The position numbers and the translations under genes were made by a program. The notes beneath the pieces are model-generated. The model saw nothing but the letters and a program-made list of their open reading frames with translations, had not been told where the DNA came from and ran no database searches. From Candidatus Flemingiibacterium sp. (GTDB lineage Bacteria; Bacillota; Clostridia; Oscillospirales; CAG-272), in assembly GCA_045579745.1 (NCBI GenBank), contig JAZNMQ010000020.1, positions 4,108 through 68,107 of the forward strand: DNA of 64,000 nt, in the 5' to 3' direction. Positions 18,724 through 27,621 of this stretch are shown here, one piece after another (the first letter of the stretch is position 1; each line of letters starts with the position of its first letter).

Positions 18724-19158
18724 ATGAGCAATACAAATGATTACAAGGATATAATAAATCTGCCGCATCATATCTCATCAACCCGACCGCAGATGCCAAT
18801 GAAGGACCGTGCGGCACAGTTTTCGCCGTTTGCCGCGCTAAACGGCTACGATGATGCCATTAAGGAAACGGGACGGCTAACCGACCAAAAGCTTGAGCTT
18901 GACGAGGAAGCAATCGCCCTGCTTGACAGAAAGCATGCTTATCTATCAGAGCATATATCAGAGCATCCGACGCTGTCCGTCACATACTTTCTGCACGACA
19001 GCAAAAAGTCCGGCGGAAAATATGTCAGTGTAGTCGGGAAGCTGAAGCAATTCGATGAATATGCTCGATTACTGATTTTTACCGACGGAAAAAAGATTCC
19101 GATGTATGATATCGCGTATATTGAAGGCGAAATTTTCCGAGGTGTGTTTCCCATTTGA
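18724..19158 (+). CDS. YolD-like protein
   Basis: Motif MKDRAAQFSPFAALNGYDD. Its position directly downstream of a Y-family polymerase is typical. Confidence 0.7.
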   Translation: MSNTNDYKDIINLPHHISSTRPQMPMKDRAAQFSPFAALNGYDDAIKETGRLTDQKLELDEEAIALLDRKHAYLSEHISEHPTLSVTYFLHDSKKSGGKYVSVVGKLKQFDEYARLLIFTDGKKIPMYDIAYIEGEIFRGVFPI

Positions 19159-19210
19159 AAATGGAGCGGAAATAAAAAAGTGATGTTGTGCTATGCGGCA
19201 CAAATGAAAA

Positions 19211-19238
19211 AATCCAAGTCTTTCGACTTGGATTTTTT
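19211..19238 (+). terminator. intrinsic terminator after the YolD-like gene
   Basis: AATCCAAGTC / GACTTGGATT hairpin with a TTTC loop, followed by a T-run. Confidence 0.8.
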
Positions 19239-19367
19239 GGCAGACACGTACAAAATCGATCCTTCTTTCGTCGCCGGAGGGTAGACTTATCCCTTGGCAG
19301 TAATGGGAATTGCACTTGACCGCTATCTGCCGGGGTGCTACTCCATGTTTGTAAACGAAGCTATGTA

Positions 19368-19853
19368 TTACTGTTGAGAATAATTAACTATCGTTGCTTC
19401 GATTTGCTTTTTCCATTCCTTGTTATGAGAAACCACTATAGCAACAGTGGAATTATTGGATGTACGTACAACTATTTGATTTCTATGTGTTTTTACCGCT
19501 TCTATCATGCTTGTCGGTATTATGATTTCTTTTGTTGAAATATTTATTTTGTGGGGATAGAATTCAATACCGTTTTCAGTCAGGAACATCCATCCACCGT
19601 TTCCGTTGATAGTTGCGCCTCCATCACAAAAGATCTTTCTTTCTTTTGCAATCTCTATACGCTTTTTGTCAAATTTTTTCTCCTGAAATTTGATAAAAAG
19701 AAACATTAAAAGCGTAAAAAGGAACCCACTGAGAACGCCGGAAATAACTCCAATCCAAAAACTTAACTTCGATAACCCAAAAAGAATCCCCATTGGGGCT
19801 CCGAAGAGGACTGTTGTAAGAAAATACTCTTTTATTCCGTTTTTGTATGTCAT
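19368..19853 (-). CDS. membrane protein with a C-terminal soluble domain (GRAM/PH-like?), function unknown
   Basis: 161 aa with two N-terminal hydrophobic spans. The gene is visibly AT-rich. Confidence 0.55.
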   Translation of the reverse strand: MTYKNGIKEYFLTTVLFGAPMGILFGLSKLSFWIGVISGVLSGFLFTLLMFLFIKFQEKKFDKKRIEIAKERKIFCDGGATINGNGGWMFLTENGIEFYPHKINISTKEIIIPTSMIEAVKTHRNQIVVRTSNNSTVAIVVSHNKEWKKQIEATIVNYSQQ

Positions 19854-19946
19854 ATTTACCCCCGAAAGTTTTTTATAATTATATCACAAATTTATGTTTT
19901 GTCAAGCATTTTGGTAGTTCGAATCCTTCGACTCGAAGAAAAGCTA

Positions 19947-20040
19947 CCTTACTTCTTCACTATTCACTATTACTTATTACCTTCCAAAAAATCCGTACAC
20001 GCCGATTTAGTGAAAAGTGAAGAGTGAAAAGTGAAAAAGT
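19947..20040. repeat. imperfect inverted repeat built from TTCACT hexamers
   Basis: Left arm TTACTTCTTCACTATTCACTATTAC. The right arm is the reverse complement of TTACTTTTTCACTTTTCACTCTTCAC. The loop carries a partial duplicate (AAAAAATCCGTACACGC) of the neighbouring terminator. Confidence 0.5.
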
Positions 20041-20075
20041 AAAAAATCCGCACACTCGCGTGTACGGATTTTTTT
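20041..20075. terminator. bidirectional intrinsic terminator downstream of tRNA-Trp
   Basis: AATCCGCACAC / GTGTACGGATT hairpin (20045-20070) flanked by an A-run and a T-run. Confidence 0.75.
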
Positions 20076-20150
20076 GGCAGGGGCACAAAGGCTCGAACTC
20101 TGGACACGCGGTTTTGGAGACCGCTGCTCTACCAACTGAGCTATACCCCT
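20075..20150 (-). tRNA. trnW: tRNA-Trp (anticodon CCA)
   Basis: The reverse complement reads AGGGGTATAGCTCAGTTGGTAGAGCAGCGGTCTCCAAAACCGC...GGTTCGAGCC-type T arm...GCCCCTGCCA. The cloverleaf folds by eye. Anticodon loop CTCCAAA. CCA is encoded. Confidence 0.9.
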
Positions 20151-20253
20151 TTGTTTTTAACAGATATATAATATCACATTATTAGACGTCTGTCAAGGGA
20201 TTTAGCAAAAATAATTATGATTTAGCCAAAAATTATTATAATCGAATGATTAA

Positions 20254-20883
20254 TTACTGCTCCGCGAACAGTTCGGGATGGGCAGACAGCCGATCGGCTT
20301 CTGTAATTTGGCGTATTACGCGGCACGGATTGCCGACAGCAAGGCTCATCGGAGGTATGTCCTTTGTAACAACGGAGCCTGCTCCGATTACACTTCCCTC
20401 TCCGATCGTAACTCCGCCGATTATCGTAACACTCGCAGCTATCCAACAGTTATCGCCAATTGTAATAGGCGCCGTGTACTCAAGATTCGTTACCGAACCC
20501 GGTTTTTCATTAAAGAACGAATTTCTGTCAAGATAATGAAGCGGATGCACGGCTGTCAGCAGAGATACATTTGGACCTATGAACACGGATTTTCCGATTG
20601 TAACCTTGCCCTCGTCAAGCACAGTAAAATTATAATTCGCAAAGCTGTCATCTCCGATTTCGAGATTAACTCCGCAGTCGATATAGATGGGCCCCTGAAG
20701 ATAGACATTCTTGCCGTGATTCGGGAGAAGCTCGTCAAGAATCTCCTCTCGCTTCTGCACCTCGGTGTCGAATGTATCATTATAAAGCTTGCAAAGACGA
20801 TGCGCCTTTGTACGCTCATCGGGCATTCCCTCGGAAAACGGATCGTAGATAAATCCTCTCGCCGCTTTTTCTCGCTCTGTCAT
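20254..20883 (-). CDS. maltose/galactoside O-acetyltransferase family (hexapeptide repeat)
   Basis: N-terminal Mac-type domain (EKAARGFIYDPF...LCKLYN) plus left-handed beta-helix hexapeptide repeats (IGDNCWIAASVTIIGGVTIGEGSVIGAGSVV). Confidence 0.85.
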   Translation of the reverse strand: MTEREKAARGFIYDPFSEGMPDERTKAHRLCKLYNDTFDTEVQKREEILDELLPNHGKNVYLQGPIYIDCGVNLEIGDDSFANYNFTVLDEGKVTIGKSVFIGPNVSLLTAVHPLHYLDRNSFFNEKPGSVTNLEYTAPITIGDNCWIAASVTIIGGVTIGEGSVIGAGSVVTKDIPPMSLAVGNPCRVIRQITEADRLSAHPELFAEQ

Positions 20884-20973
20884 GTTTTTGCATCCTTTCT
20901 GTATAAAATAATATTTTATATGAATATTACCAAATGAGGCTGCCGGTTTTACGACAGCCTCGAATTATTGAAT

Positions 20974-22041
20974 TCAGTTCTTTGCGAGTGTCTTTGCAAC
21001 ATCCATGAGATCAGCAAGATTCCTTGCCTTTTCATCGCATGTAGCCTTCATCTTCTCAATCTGCTCAGGTGTGAATTTGTTAAGGTCGCCGTCCTTAAGC
21101 TTGTTCTTGTACATACGGTCGAGCACAAGCGCATATCCGATTTCAGTCGCAACGATCTTGCCGTTGTTAAGACAAACTACAAGGTCAGACTTTCCATCAA
21201 GAATAAGGTCAACCGCATAGTCGCCCATACGCGATGCGATCAGTCTGTCGCGAAGAGTGGGAGAGCCGCCGCGCACCATATGCGCAAGACGGATAAATCT
21301 TGTGCCAATACCGGTTTCCTTTTCAATATTCTTCGCAAGCTGCTCGTTGTAGTCGCCGCCAAGGCCCTCGGAAACCACAATAAGGAAGCTTCTCTGGCCC
21401 TTTGCACGAAGCGCCTTAATATTTTCGATGCAAGCCTTTTCGTCAAATGGGAGTTCCTTAATGCCGATAGCATCTGCACCACAGCTGATACCGCATTCAA
21501 GCGCGATATATCCTGCGTCGCGTCCCATAACCTCGATAACCTCGATACGGGCATGTGATTCGCATGTATCACGAAGGCGGTCAGCCGCCTCAAGGACGGA
21601 ATTCATAGCAGTATCAAATCCGATCGAGTATTCGGTCGAGGTGATATCGTTGTCAATAGTACCGGGGATTCCAATGGTCGGAATTCCATGCTCAGAAAGG
21701 TCGGTAGCACCGCGGAATGTTCCATCGCCGCCGATAGCAACAATTCCGTCAATTCCGTTATCCTTGCAGGTTTTTACAGCCTTAGCCATACCTTCCTCGG
21801 TTGCGAATTCATCGCAGCGATCGGAATAGAGAAAGGTTCCGCCGATTCCGGCAATATTTTTTACATCTGCAGGAGTAATGGTTTTGATCTCGCCGCTTAT
21901 AAGTCCGGTATATCCCTTAGCAATACCAACAACCTCAACACCGCGTGCAAGTGCCGAAAGAACTACAGCACGCAGAGCCGCATTCATACCGGGAGCATCT
22001 CCGCCGGAGGTCAGTACACCGATTTTTCTGAAGTTTGCCAT
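20974..22041 (-). CDS. pfkA: ATP-dependent 6-phosphofructokinase
   Basis: ORF 20974-22083, start at ATG 22041. Motifs GVLTSGGDAPGMNAA, GGDGT and PGTIDND. Confidence 0.9.
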   Translation of the reverse strand: MANFRKIGVLTSGGDAPGMNAALRAVVLSALARGVEVVGIAKGYTGLISGEIKTITPADVKNIAGIGGTFLYSDRCDEFATEEGMAKAVKTCKDNGIDGIVAIGGDGTFRGATDLSEHGIPTIGIPGTIDNDITSTEYSIGFDTAMNSVLEAADRLRDTCESHARIEVIEVMGRDAGYIALECGISCGADAIGIKELPFDEKACIENIKALRAKGQRSFLIVVSEGLGGDYNEQLAKNIEKETGIGTRFIRLAHMVRGGSPTLRDRLIASRMGDYAVDLILDGKSDLVVCLNNGKIVATEIGYALVLDRMYKNKLKDGDLNKFTPEQIEKMKATCDEKARNLADLMDVAKTLAKN

Positions 22042-22157
22042 ATTTAAATCATCCTTTATCAAAAAATTCTTGATTGCAGTCATTACAAATTATTCTTAAC
22101 AGAAATCAAATGATTAAGCATATAAAATACACTCTGTATCAAAATCTGTCAGACTAT

Positions 22158-22186
22158 ATTTTACCTCTTTGACAGCAAATTGTCAA
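22158..22186 (-). promoter_or_regulatory. sigma-A-type promoter for pfkA
   Basis: On the minus strand: TTGACA (22181-22186), a 17-nt spacer, TAAAAT (22158-22163). The -35 is half of the palindrome TTGACA-N6-TGTCAA (22169-22186). Confidence 0.5.
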
Positions 22187-22290
22187 GGTTAAATTTAAAA
22201 TTATAGGGAATATTTTTCAAAATCTCTTGAAAATACGCAATAAATAAGCTATAATTATATTAATTACATTTTTTGGAGATTATTGTTTTT

Positions 22291-23565
22291 ATGTTAGACA
22301 GCGACAATTTAAGCATGATAATTGCAATGCTAATCCTTGTGGCATTATCAGCTATGTTTTCCGCAACCGAAACCGCATTCAGCACATTTAACCGTGTGAG
22401 AATCAAAAATATGGCAGCCGACGGAAACAAGCGCGCAGAGCTTGTTTTAAAACTGTCCGGCGATTTCGATTCTCTTATCACGACGATTCTTGTCGGAAAT
22501 AACATCGTAAATATCGCATTGACCGCAATCGCGACTGTTATGTTCGTAAATATATTCAAAGAAAGCGGTGCTGTGATTTCAACGGTGTTCACAACCGTTG
22601 TCGTTCTGGTTTTCGGCGAGGTGTCGCCTAAAAGCATAGCAAAGGAATCTCCGGACAGCTTCGTTCTGACCATCGCACCTGTATTTCGTGTATTAATATA
22701 CATTTTTTTGCCGATCACCTTCCTTTTCCGCGGTCTGAAAAAGCTGCTTGCCAAGCTTTTCAAATTAAACAAAAGCGACGCTATGACCGAAGATGAGCTT
22801 ATTACAATAGTTGACGAGGCGCAGGAGGACGGCGGCATCAACGAAACCGAGGGTGAGCTGATACGCTCGGTTATCGAGTTTGACGATGCAGAGGTTGCAG
22901 ATATCATCACACCGCGAGTTGATGTTGTTGCAATCGAAAAGGACATGAGCGTTGATGAAATAACCGATTTATTTTACCGTACGGGCTTTTCAAGGCTTCC
23001 CGTTTACGATGAAACCATCGACAACATAATCGGAATACTGCACGAAAAGGAATTCTACTATTTTTGCAGAATGCGGAATAAAGACATCAGTTCCGTTATG
23101 TCAAAGCCGTTCCGTGTTCCCTGCCACATGAAAATCTCAAAGCTTCTGTCATCCTTCCAAAAAGCGAAAACGCATATGGCGATAGTGCTTGACGATTACG
23201 GCGGAATGTTGGGCGTAGTTACTCTTGAGGATGTAATAGAGGAGCTCGTCGGAGATATTTGGGATGAGCATGACGAGGTCGTCGAGCTTTTTGAAGCTCA
23301 CGCAGACGGAAGCGTCACCGTTTCGGGAGATGCGCGTCCTATCGATGTTTTCGATCATTTCGAAACCGAGCCGGAGGATGAGGATTCGCTTCCGCAAACG
23401 GTCAGCGGTTGGGTAACGATGAAGCTTGAGAAATTCCCTGAGGTTGGCGCCGCCTTCGATGAAGGTGTGCTTCACATAGAGGTCGTAAAAACCGCAGATA
23501 AGCTTGTCGAAAAAATACATGTTTCCAAAATTGATGTTGAGGAGCAAGAATTGGAGGAAAATTAA
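22291..23565 (+). CDS. CNNM/HlyC-CorC family membrane protein (DUF21 + CBS pair + CorC_HlyC)
   Basis: ORF 22273-23565, start at ATG 22291 after GGAGA. N-terminal TM domain, a CBS region (ITPRVDVVAI...LPVYDE) and a C-terminal transporter-associated domain. Confidence 0.8.
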   Translation: MLDSDNLSMIIAMLILVALSAMFSATETAFSTFNRVRIKNMAADGNKRAELVLKLSGDFDSLITTILVGNNIVNIALTAIATVMFVNIFKESGAVISTVFTTVVVLVFGEVSPKSIAKESPDSFVLTIAPVFRVLIYIFLPITFLFRGLKKLLAKLFKLNKSDAMTEDELITIVDEAQEDGGINETEGELIRSVIEFDDAEVADIITPRVDVVAIEKDMSVDEITDLFYRTGFSRLPVYDETIDNIIGILHEKEFYYFCRMRNKDISSVMSKPFRVPCHMKISKLLSSFQKAKTHMAIVLDDYGGMLGVVTLEDVIEELVGDIWDEHDEVVELFEAHADGSVTVSGDARPIDVFDHFETEPEDEDSLPQTVSGWVTMKLEKFPEVGAAFDEGVLHIEVVKTADKLVEKIHVSKIDVEEQELEEN

Positions 23566-24572
23566 TGAACATGAACATGAAAAAATATATCACGCTAAAG
23601 GATGCAAAAAAGAATATATGCGGCCGTACAGTATATACCGAGAACGGCGCAATCTCGCTTAGCTGGAGCCTGAGCGGCTTTGAGATGAATATTCGTGCGC
23701 AAAGAGCTGTTATCCACTTTGTTCCCGATTACAAGGACGAGCAGCCGGTATATCTCCAGCTCACTCTTGATGGCAGAAAGACCAAATACGGTTTTTCAAC
23801 CGGCAAGGAAAAGATCGTTATCGAGGATCTTGGCGGTGAAGCTCATACAATCAAGCTTACAAAGCTTTCCGAGGGTCCGATGCCGATAAGCGTTGCCGCA
23901 ATCGAGCTTTTCGGCGACGACTGCGATGTACTTGATCCGCCTGCTCCGTCCGAGCTTCGCATTGAATTTATAGGAGATTCCATCACATGCGGAGTCGGTG
24001 CTTACACCGACAGCACGATAAACGAAAACAATTATTACGAGGAGGACGCAACCAAATCGTACGCGGGAATTACTGCCGAGATGCTCAACGCCGACGCACG
24101 CTTTATCGCTGTTTCAGGTCAGGGCATAATCAATAACTGGGCTGGACTTGAGGGTGTGCGAATCCCTTCATTTTTTGAGTTTAAGCTTCGCACCAACCGC
24201 GAGCAGTATGATTTCAGCGAATGGACTCCCACGGTTGTGGTTATCAACGCAGGAACTAACGACAGCAGCGGCCGCGCGCCTGCGGATGTGTTCATAAAGG
24301 GTGCTGATAAATTCCTTGACCGCGTCAGAGAGGTGTATCCTGACGCGTATATAATCTGGTTCTACGGCTTGATGGGCAAGCCGTACGATGCCGTTCTTTC
24401 CGAGCTTTTCGAAAAGCGTCGCGAATCGGATAACAAGCTGAGCTATATTCCAGTCGAATCGATTTACTCACATCCAGAGGAGATCGGCTGCATGGGACAT
24501 CCTAATTTGAACGGAGCACTTCGCGGTGCAAAGGTGCTCACCGAGGCAATACGCGAAATTCTGAAGATCTGA
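23565..24572 (+). CDS. SGNH/GDSL hydrolase with an N-terminal beta-sandwich (CE2-like carbohydrate esterase)
   Basis: TAATG overlap with the upstream stop; GGAGG RBS. Block I motif FIGDSITCG, GTND block, C-terminal GHP. Confidence 0.7.
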   Translation: MNMNMKKYITLKDAKKNICGRTVYTENGAISLSWSLSGFEMNIRAQRAVIHFVPDYKDEQPVYLQLTLDGRKTKYGFSTGKEKIVIEDLGGEAHTIKLTKLSEGPMPISVAAIELFGDDCDVLDPPAPSELRIEFIGDSITCGVGAYTDSTINENNYYEEDATKSYAGITAEMLNADARFIAVSGQGIINNWAGLEGVRIPSFFEFKLRTNREQYDFSEWTPTVVVINAGTNDSSGRAPADVFIKGADKFLDRVREVYPDAYIIWFYGLMGKPYDAVLSELFEKRRESDNKLSYIPVESIYSHPEEIGCMGHPNLNGALRGAKVLTEAIREILKI

Positions 24573-24759
24573 AACCGCCATCGGAAAGCCCGTTTTTCGG
24601 CATGACTGTCATATCTGTCAGGGCGATTGCAATCCACTAATCCGCAGGCTGAAAAAGCATCGGGCTAAAAAGATTTACAAAAAGTTCAATCTGTCGTAAG
24701 CCTTACAAAATTTGTTGAGAGTACAATTATAGTATTGAAATAATTACAGAGAGGTCAAA

Positions 24760-25632
24760 ATGTTCGGATACATAAGACCGGTCATCCCCGAGTTAAAGGT
24801 AAAGGAATATGAGCTTTATCGCGCGGTTTACTGCGGTCTGTGCGAGGTAATGGGCAAAAGCACCTCATGCGCCTCCCGTCTTAGTCTGAGCTATGATTTT
24901 GTCTTTTTAGCAATTGTTCGCATGGCACTTGCAGGCGAGGTCGGCGAAATACAAAAGCATCGCTGCCTTGCTCATCCAACAAAAAAGAGGTCTGTTCTCG
25001 TGGGCGCAGGTCAGCTTGACTACTGCGCAAGGCTTAGTGCTGTACTGACATATCACAAGCTTATTGATGATATTTCGGATAGCAAGGGAATAAAAAAGCT
25101 TTCGGCGATGCTTCTTCGCCCGTTTGCTTCGCATATGAGAAAAAAAGCTGGGCTTGGCGAGCATCCGGAGGATATAATCAAGCAAAAGCTTGGTGAGCTC
25201 GCGGAGCTTGAGCGCGAGGGATGCGCCTCACTTGACCGCGCGGCAGAGCCGTTTGGCGAGCTTATGGCTGCAGTCTGCGCCTTCGGATTCGAGGATGGCA
25301 GCACCGAGTACCGTATAGCGTGCGAAATCGGCAGACATGTGGGTCGCTTCATCTATATTATTGACGCGATGGATGACCTTGCTGATGACATTCGCGACGG
25401 CAGCTATAATCCTATTGTCCGCATGTACGGAAAAGAGGATGCAATCAGCAAATTCAAATCCGATGCGCCTCGCTTTGAGCGTGCGCTCACAATGGAGCTT
25501 GTAGGAATCGAGCGTGCCATTGAGCTGATTGAATTTGAAAAGGTTCCCGAATACGGGAGCATTATAAAAAATATTATTTATCTCGGACTGCCCGAGCTTG
25601 TTGAAAAAATCACGAAAAAGATTTCGGTATAA
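24760..25632 (+). CDS. DUF5685-like protein
   Basis: The N-terminus MFGYIRPVIPELKVKEYELYRAVYCGLC is characteristic of this clostridial family, as I recall it. Confidence 0.6.
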   Translation: MFGYIRPVIPELKVKEYELYRAVYCGLCEVMGKSTSCASRLSLSYDFVFLAIVRMALAGEVGEIQKHRCLAHPTKKRSVLVGAGQLDYCARLSAVLTYHKLIDDISDSKGIKKLSAMLLRPFASHMRKKAGLGEHPEDIIKQKLGELAELEREGCASLDRAAEPFGELMAAVCAFGFEDGSTEYRIACEIGRHVGRFIYIIDAMDDLADDIRDGSYNPIVRMYGKEDAISKFKSDAPRFERALTMELVGIERAIELIEFEKVPEYGSIIKNIIYLGLPELVEKITKKISV

Positions 25633-25680
25633 TAAAACAATCTCAAATATGAGCAGTACGGCGATTGGAGAAATTATTTT

Positions 25681-26286
25681 ATGAACGACCCTTACAAGGT
25701 GCTCGGTGTATCAAGCACCGCCACTGACGAAGAAATCAAAAAAGCATATCGTGAGCTTGCCCGCAAATATCATCCCGACAACTATGTAAACAACCCTCTT
25801 GCCGACCTTGTCGAGGAAAAGATGAAGGATATCAACGAGGCATATGACCAGATTCAAAAGGAACGCGCCTCCGGACAATCCCAAAGAACGGGCGGCGGCT
25901 CTTATTCATCCGGTACACGGGGAGATTATTCTCACATACGGGAGCTCATAAACTCCCGACGCTATTCCGAGGCGGAGCTCATTCTCGACGCTGTCGGTCC
26001 TCAAAGCAGAAATGCCGAATGGAACTTCCTGAAGGGATGCGTACTCATTCAGCGCGGATGGTATTTCGATGCGCAGAAATATCTTGAAACCGCATGCTAT
26101 CTCGACCCTACCAACAATGAATACCGCACTACCCTCGAGCGAATCCGCACGAACACTCAGAATTTCGGCGGCGGCTATCGTACCGCGCAGAACGTCGGAC
26201 GCTCGCCCTGCGATATTTGTACGGGGCTTATTTGCGCTGACTGCCTTTGCGAATGCTGCGGCGGCGATTTGATATCATGTTGCTAA
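25681..26286 (+). CDS. J-domain protein with a TPR-like middle region and a Cys-rich C-terminal tail
   Basis: J domain DPYKVLGV...[12 protein letters not shown]-terminus [25 protein letters not shown]. Confidence 0.85.
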   Translation: MNDPYKVLGVSSTATDEEIKKAYRELARKYHPDNYVNNPLADLVEEKMKDINEAYDQIQKERASGQSQRTGGGSYSSGTRGDYSHIRELINSRRYSEAELILDAVGPQSRNAEWNFLKGCVLIQRGWYFDAQKYLETACYLDPTNNEYRTTLERIRTNTQNFGGGYRTAQNVGRSPCDICTGLICADCLCECCGGDLISCC

Positions 26287-26296
26287 AGGTAATGAT

Positions 26297-26821
26297 ATGA
26301 AAAAATCACGAAAAATTGCGCTTGCCGCGATGCTGTCTGCTCTCGGAGTACTGATTTTGCTTCTCGGCTCCGTTATCACGGTGCTTGACCTGACGATGGT
26401 CGGAATTTCTTCACTCCTTATATTCTTTGCGGTTATTGAAATCGGTGGTGCGTATCCATATTTGATCTGGCTCGTAACCGGCGTGCTTTCGCTTTTGTTG
26501 CTTCCGGATAAATTTTCAGCACTTCTATATTTATTGTTCGGAGGTGTTTATCCGATATTCAAAGCAATGTTCGAGAGGCTTCATTATATTGTAGCATGGG
26601 TGTTAAAGCTTAGCTTTTTCAATTCTGTGCTGCTGTTGCTGATCGCTCTGTGCAACAACGTATTCATGCTGCCCGAAACCGGACTCGGCTTCACCCTGCC
26701 TGTATTTGCAGTATGTAATTTAGCGTTCGTACTTTACGATATCGCAACTACAAAGCTTGTCACCTTGTATCTCATCAAGCTCCGAGCGTTGTTCGGACTG
26801 AAGAATTTCTTTCAAAACTGA
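26297..26821 (+). CDS. integral membrane protein, function unknown
   Basis: 174 aa with about five hydrophobic spans. It lies 10 nt downstream of the J-domain gene. Confidence 0.6.
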   Translation: MKKSRKIALAAMLSALGVLILLLGSVITVLDLTMVGISSLLIFFAVIEIGGAYPYLIWLVTGVLSLLLLPDKFSALLYLLFGGVYPIFKAMFERLHYIVAWVLKLSFFNSVLLLLIALCNNVFMLPETGLGFTLPVFAVCNLAFVLYDIATTKLVTLYLIKLRALFGLKNFFQN

Positions 26822-26902
26822 TCTAAGCCACAGAGCGTTTGTGCTCCGTGGCTTTTTTTAATTTCAGCACAAAAATATTCACAAAAAAATATTAAATCGC
26901 TA

Positions 26903-26931
26903 TTGACAATCACGCGACCGCATGATATAAT
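26903..26931 (+). promoter_or_regulatory. sigma-A-type promoter of the DUF1836-like/NfeD/flotillin operon
   Basis: TTGACA 26903-26908, a 17-nt spacer, extended -10 TGaTATAAT 26923-26931. Confidence 0.65.
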
Positions 26932-27000
26932 CTAATTACAGAGATATAAAAATTCACAGAAAGGACGCTTTGTAACCAAAGCCACGGTCTTGATAATGTA

Positions 27001-27597
27001 ATGAAGCTTGAAGTAAACAGTACGTTAATCCCCGGCACCTGCATGGATAAAAACAAAATGGGTGGGGTTACCGGGCTTGAATTCCTTGACAAGATATTCT
27101 TCATAACCGACGGCATTATGCTCTCTCAAATCCGCGAGATAAGCGGTATCGACGGTTCGACCCTTCAAAACTGGACAAAGCGAGGCTGGGTCGCGAACTC
27201 AAAAAACAAAAGATATGATAAAAACCAGCTCGCGCGCATATTGATTATAAACATGATTCGAGATTCCATGCAGCTTGAACGCATAGCACAGCTTCTCACC
27301 TATGTTAATGGCAGATTGGATGACAAAACGGACGACATCATTCCCGAATCCGAGCTGTATGACTATCTTTGCAAGATTATCGACATGCTTGTCAGCGATG
27401 AGCCGGCTCAGGGCTCTGCGAGTCTTAATGAAGTCATTGCCAAGGTTCTCTCGAACTACGAGGAGCTCGCCGGCGGAGCAGCAAAAAGACTTGAGCGAGC
27501 TTGCGGCATAATTATTATGGCGTATTACGCAACGCTCGTTTCGGGAAAGGCAAACAGCTTGTTCGATGAGGCAATTTCTCATAAACCACGGAAATAA
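27001..27597 (+). CDS. DUF1836-like (MerR-like HTH) protein
   Basis: Segment LSQIREISGIDGSTLQNWTKRGWV...KRYDKNQLARILIINMIRD resembles DUF1836. The start is uncertain (ATG 27001, 27043 or 27058; no clear SD). Confidence 0.5.
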   Translation: MKLEVNSTLIPGTCMDKNKMGGVTGLEFLDKIFFITDGIMLSQIREISGIDGSTLQNWTKRGWVANSKNKRYDKNQLARILIINMIRDSMQLERIAQLLTYVNGRLDDKTDDIIPESELYDYLCKIIDMLVSDEPAQGSASLNEVIAKVLSNYEELAGGAAKRLERACGIIIMAYYATLVSGKANSLFDEAISHKPRK

Positions 27598-27621
27598 CAC
27601 TGTAAAGGAGAGTTGATTTTT

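Noticed and set aside
19237-19330. Possible tRNA-like gene on the minus strand. GGCAGAT and GTCTGCC could pair like an acceptor stem about 90 nt apart.
   Set aside because: No T-arm (no GTTCGAATC-type loop with a complementary stem), D-arm or anticodon stem can be drawn. It is probably a chance pairing.
19947-20040. Short hexamer repeats considered as a CRISPR-like or tandem array.
   Set aside because: The units are 6 nt, imperfect and arranged as an inverted repeat. There is no repeat-spacer periodicity and no cas genes anywhere in the window.
20278-20937. 219-aa plus-strand ORF overlapping the acetyltransferase gene.
   Set aside because: It is antisense to a gene with clear hexapeptide-repeat and Mac-domain motifs, and it has no motifs of its own.
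22260-22946. 228-aa minus-strand ORF opposite the CNNM/HlyC gene.
   Set aside because: It is a low-complexity Ser/Ile/Thr-rich translation antisense to a gene with recognisable DUF21/CBS domains.
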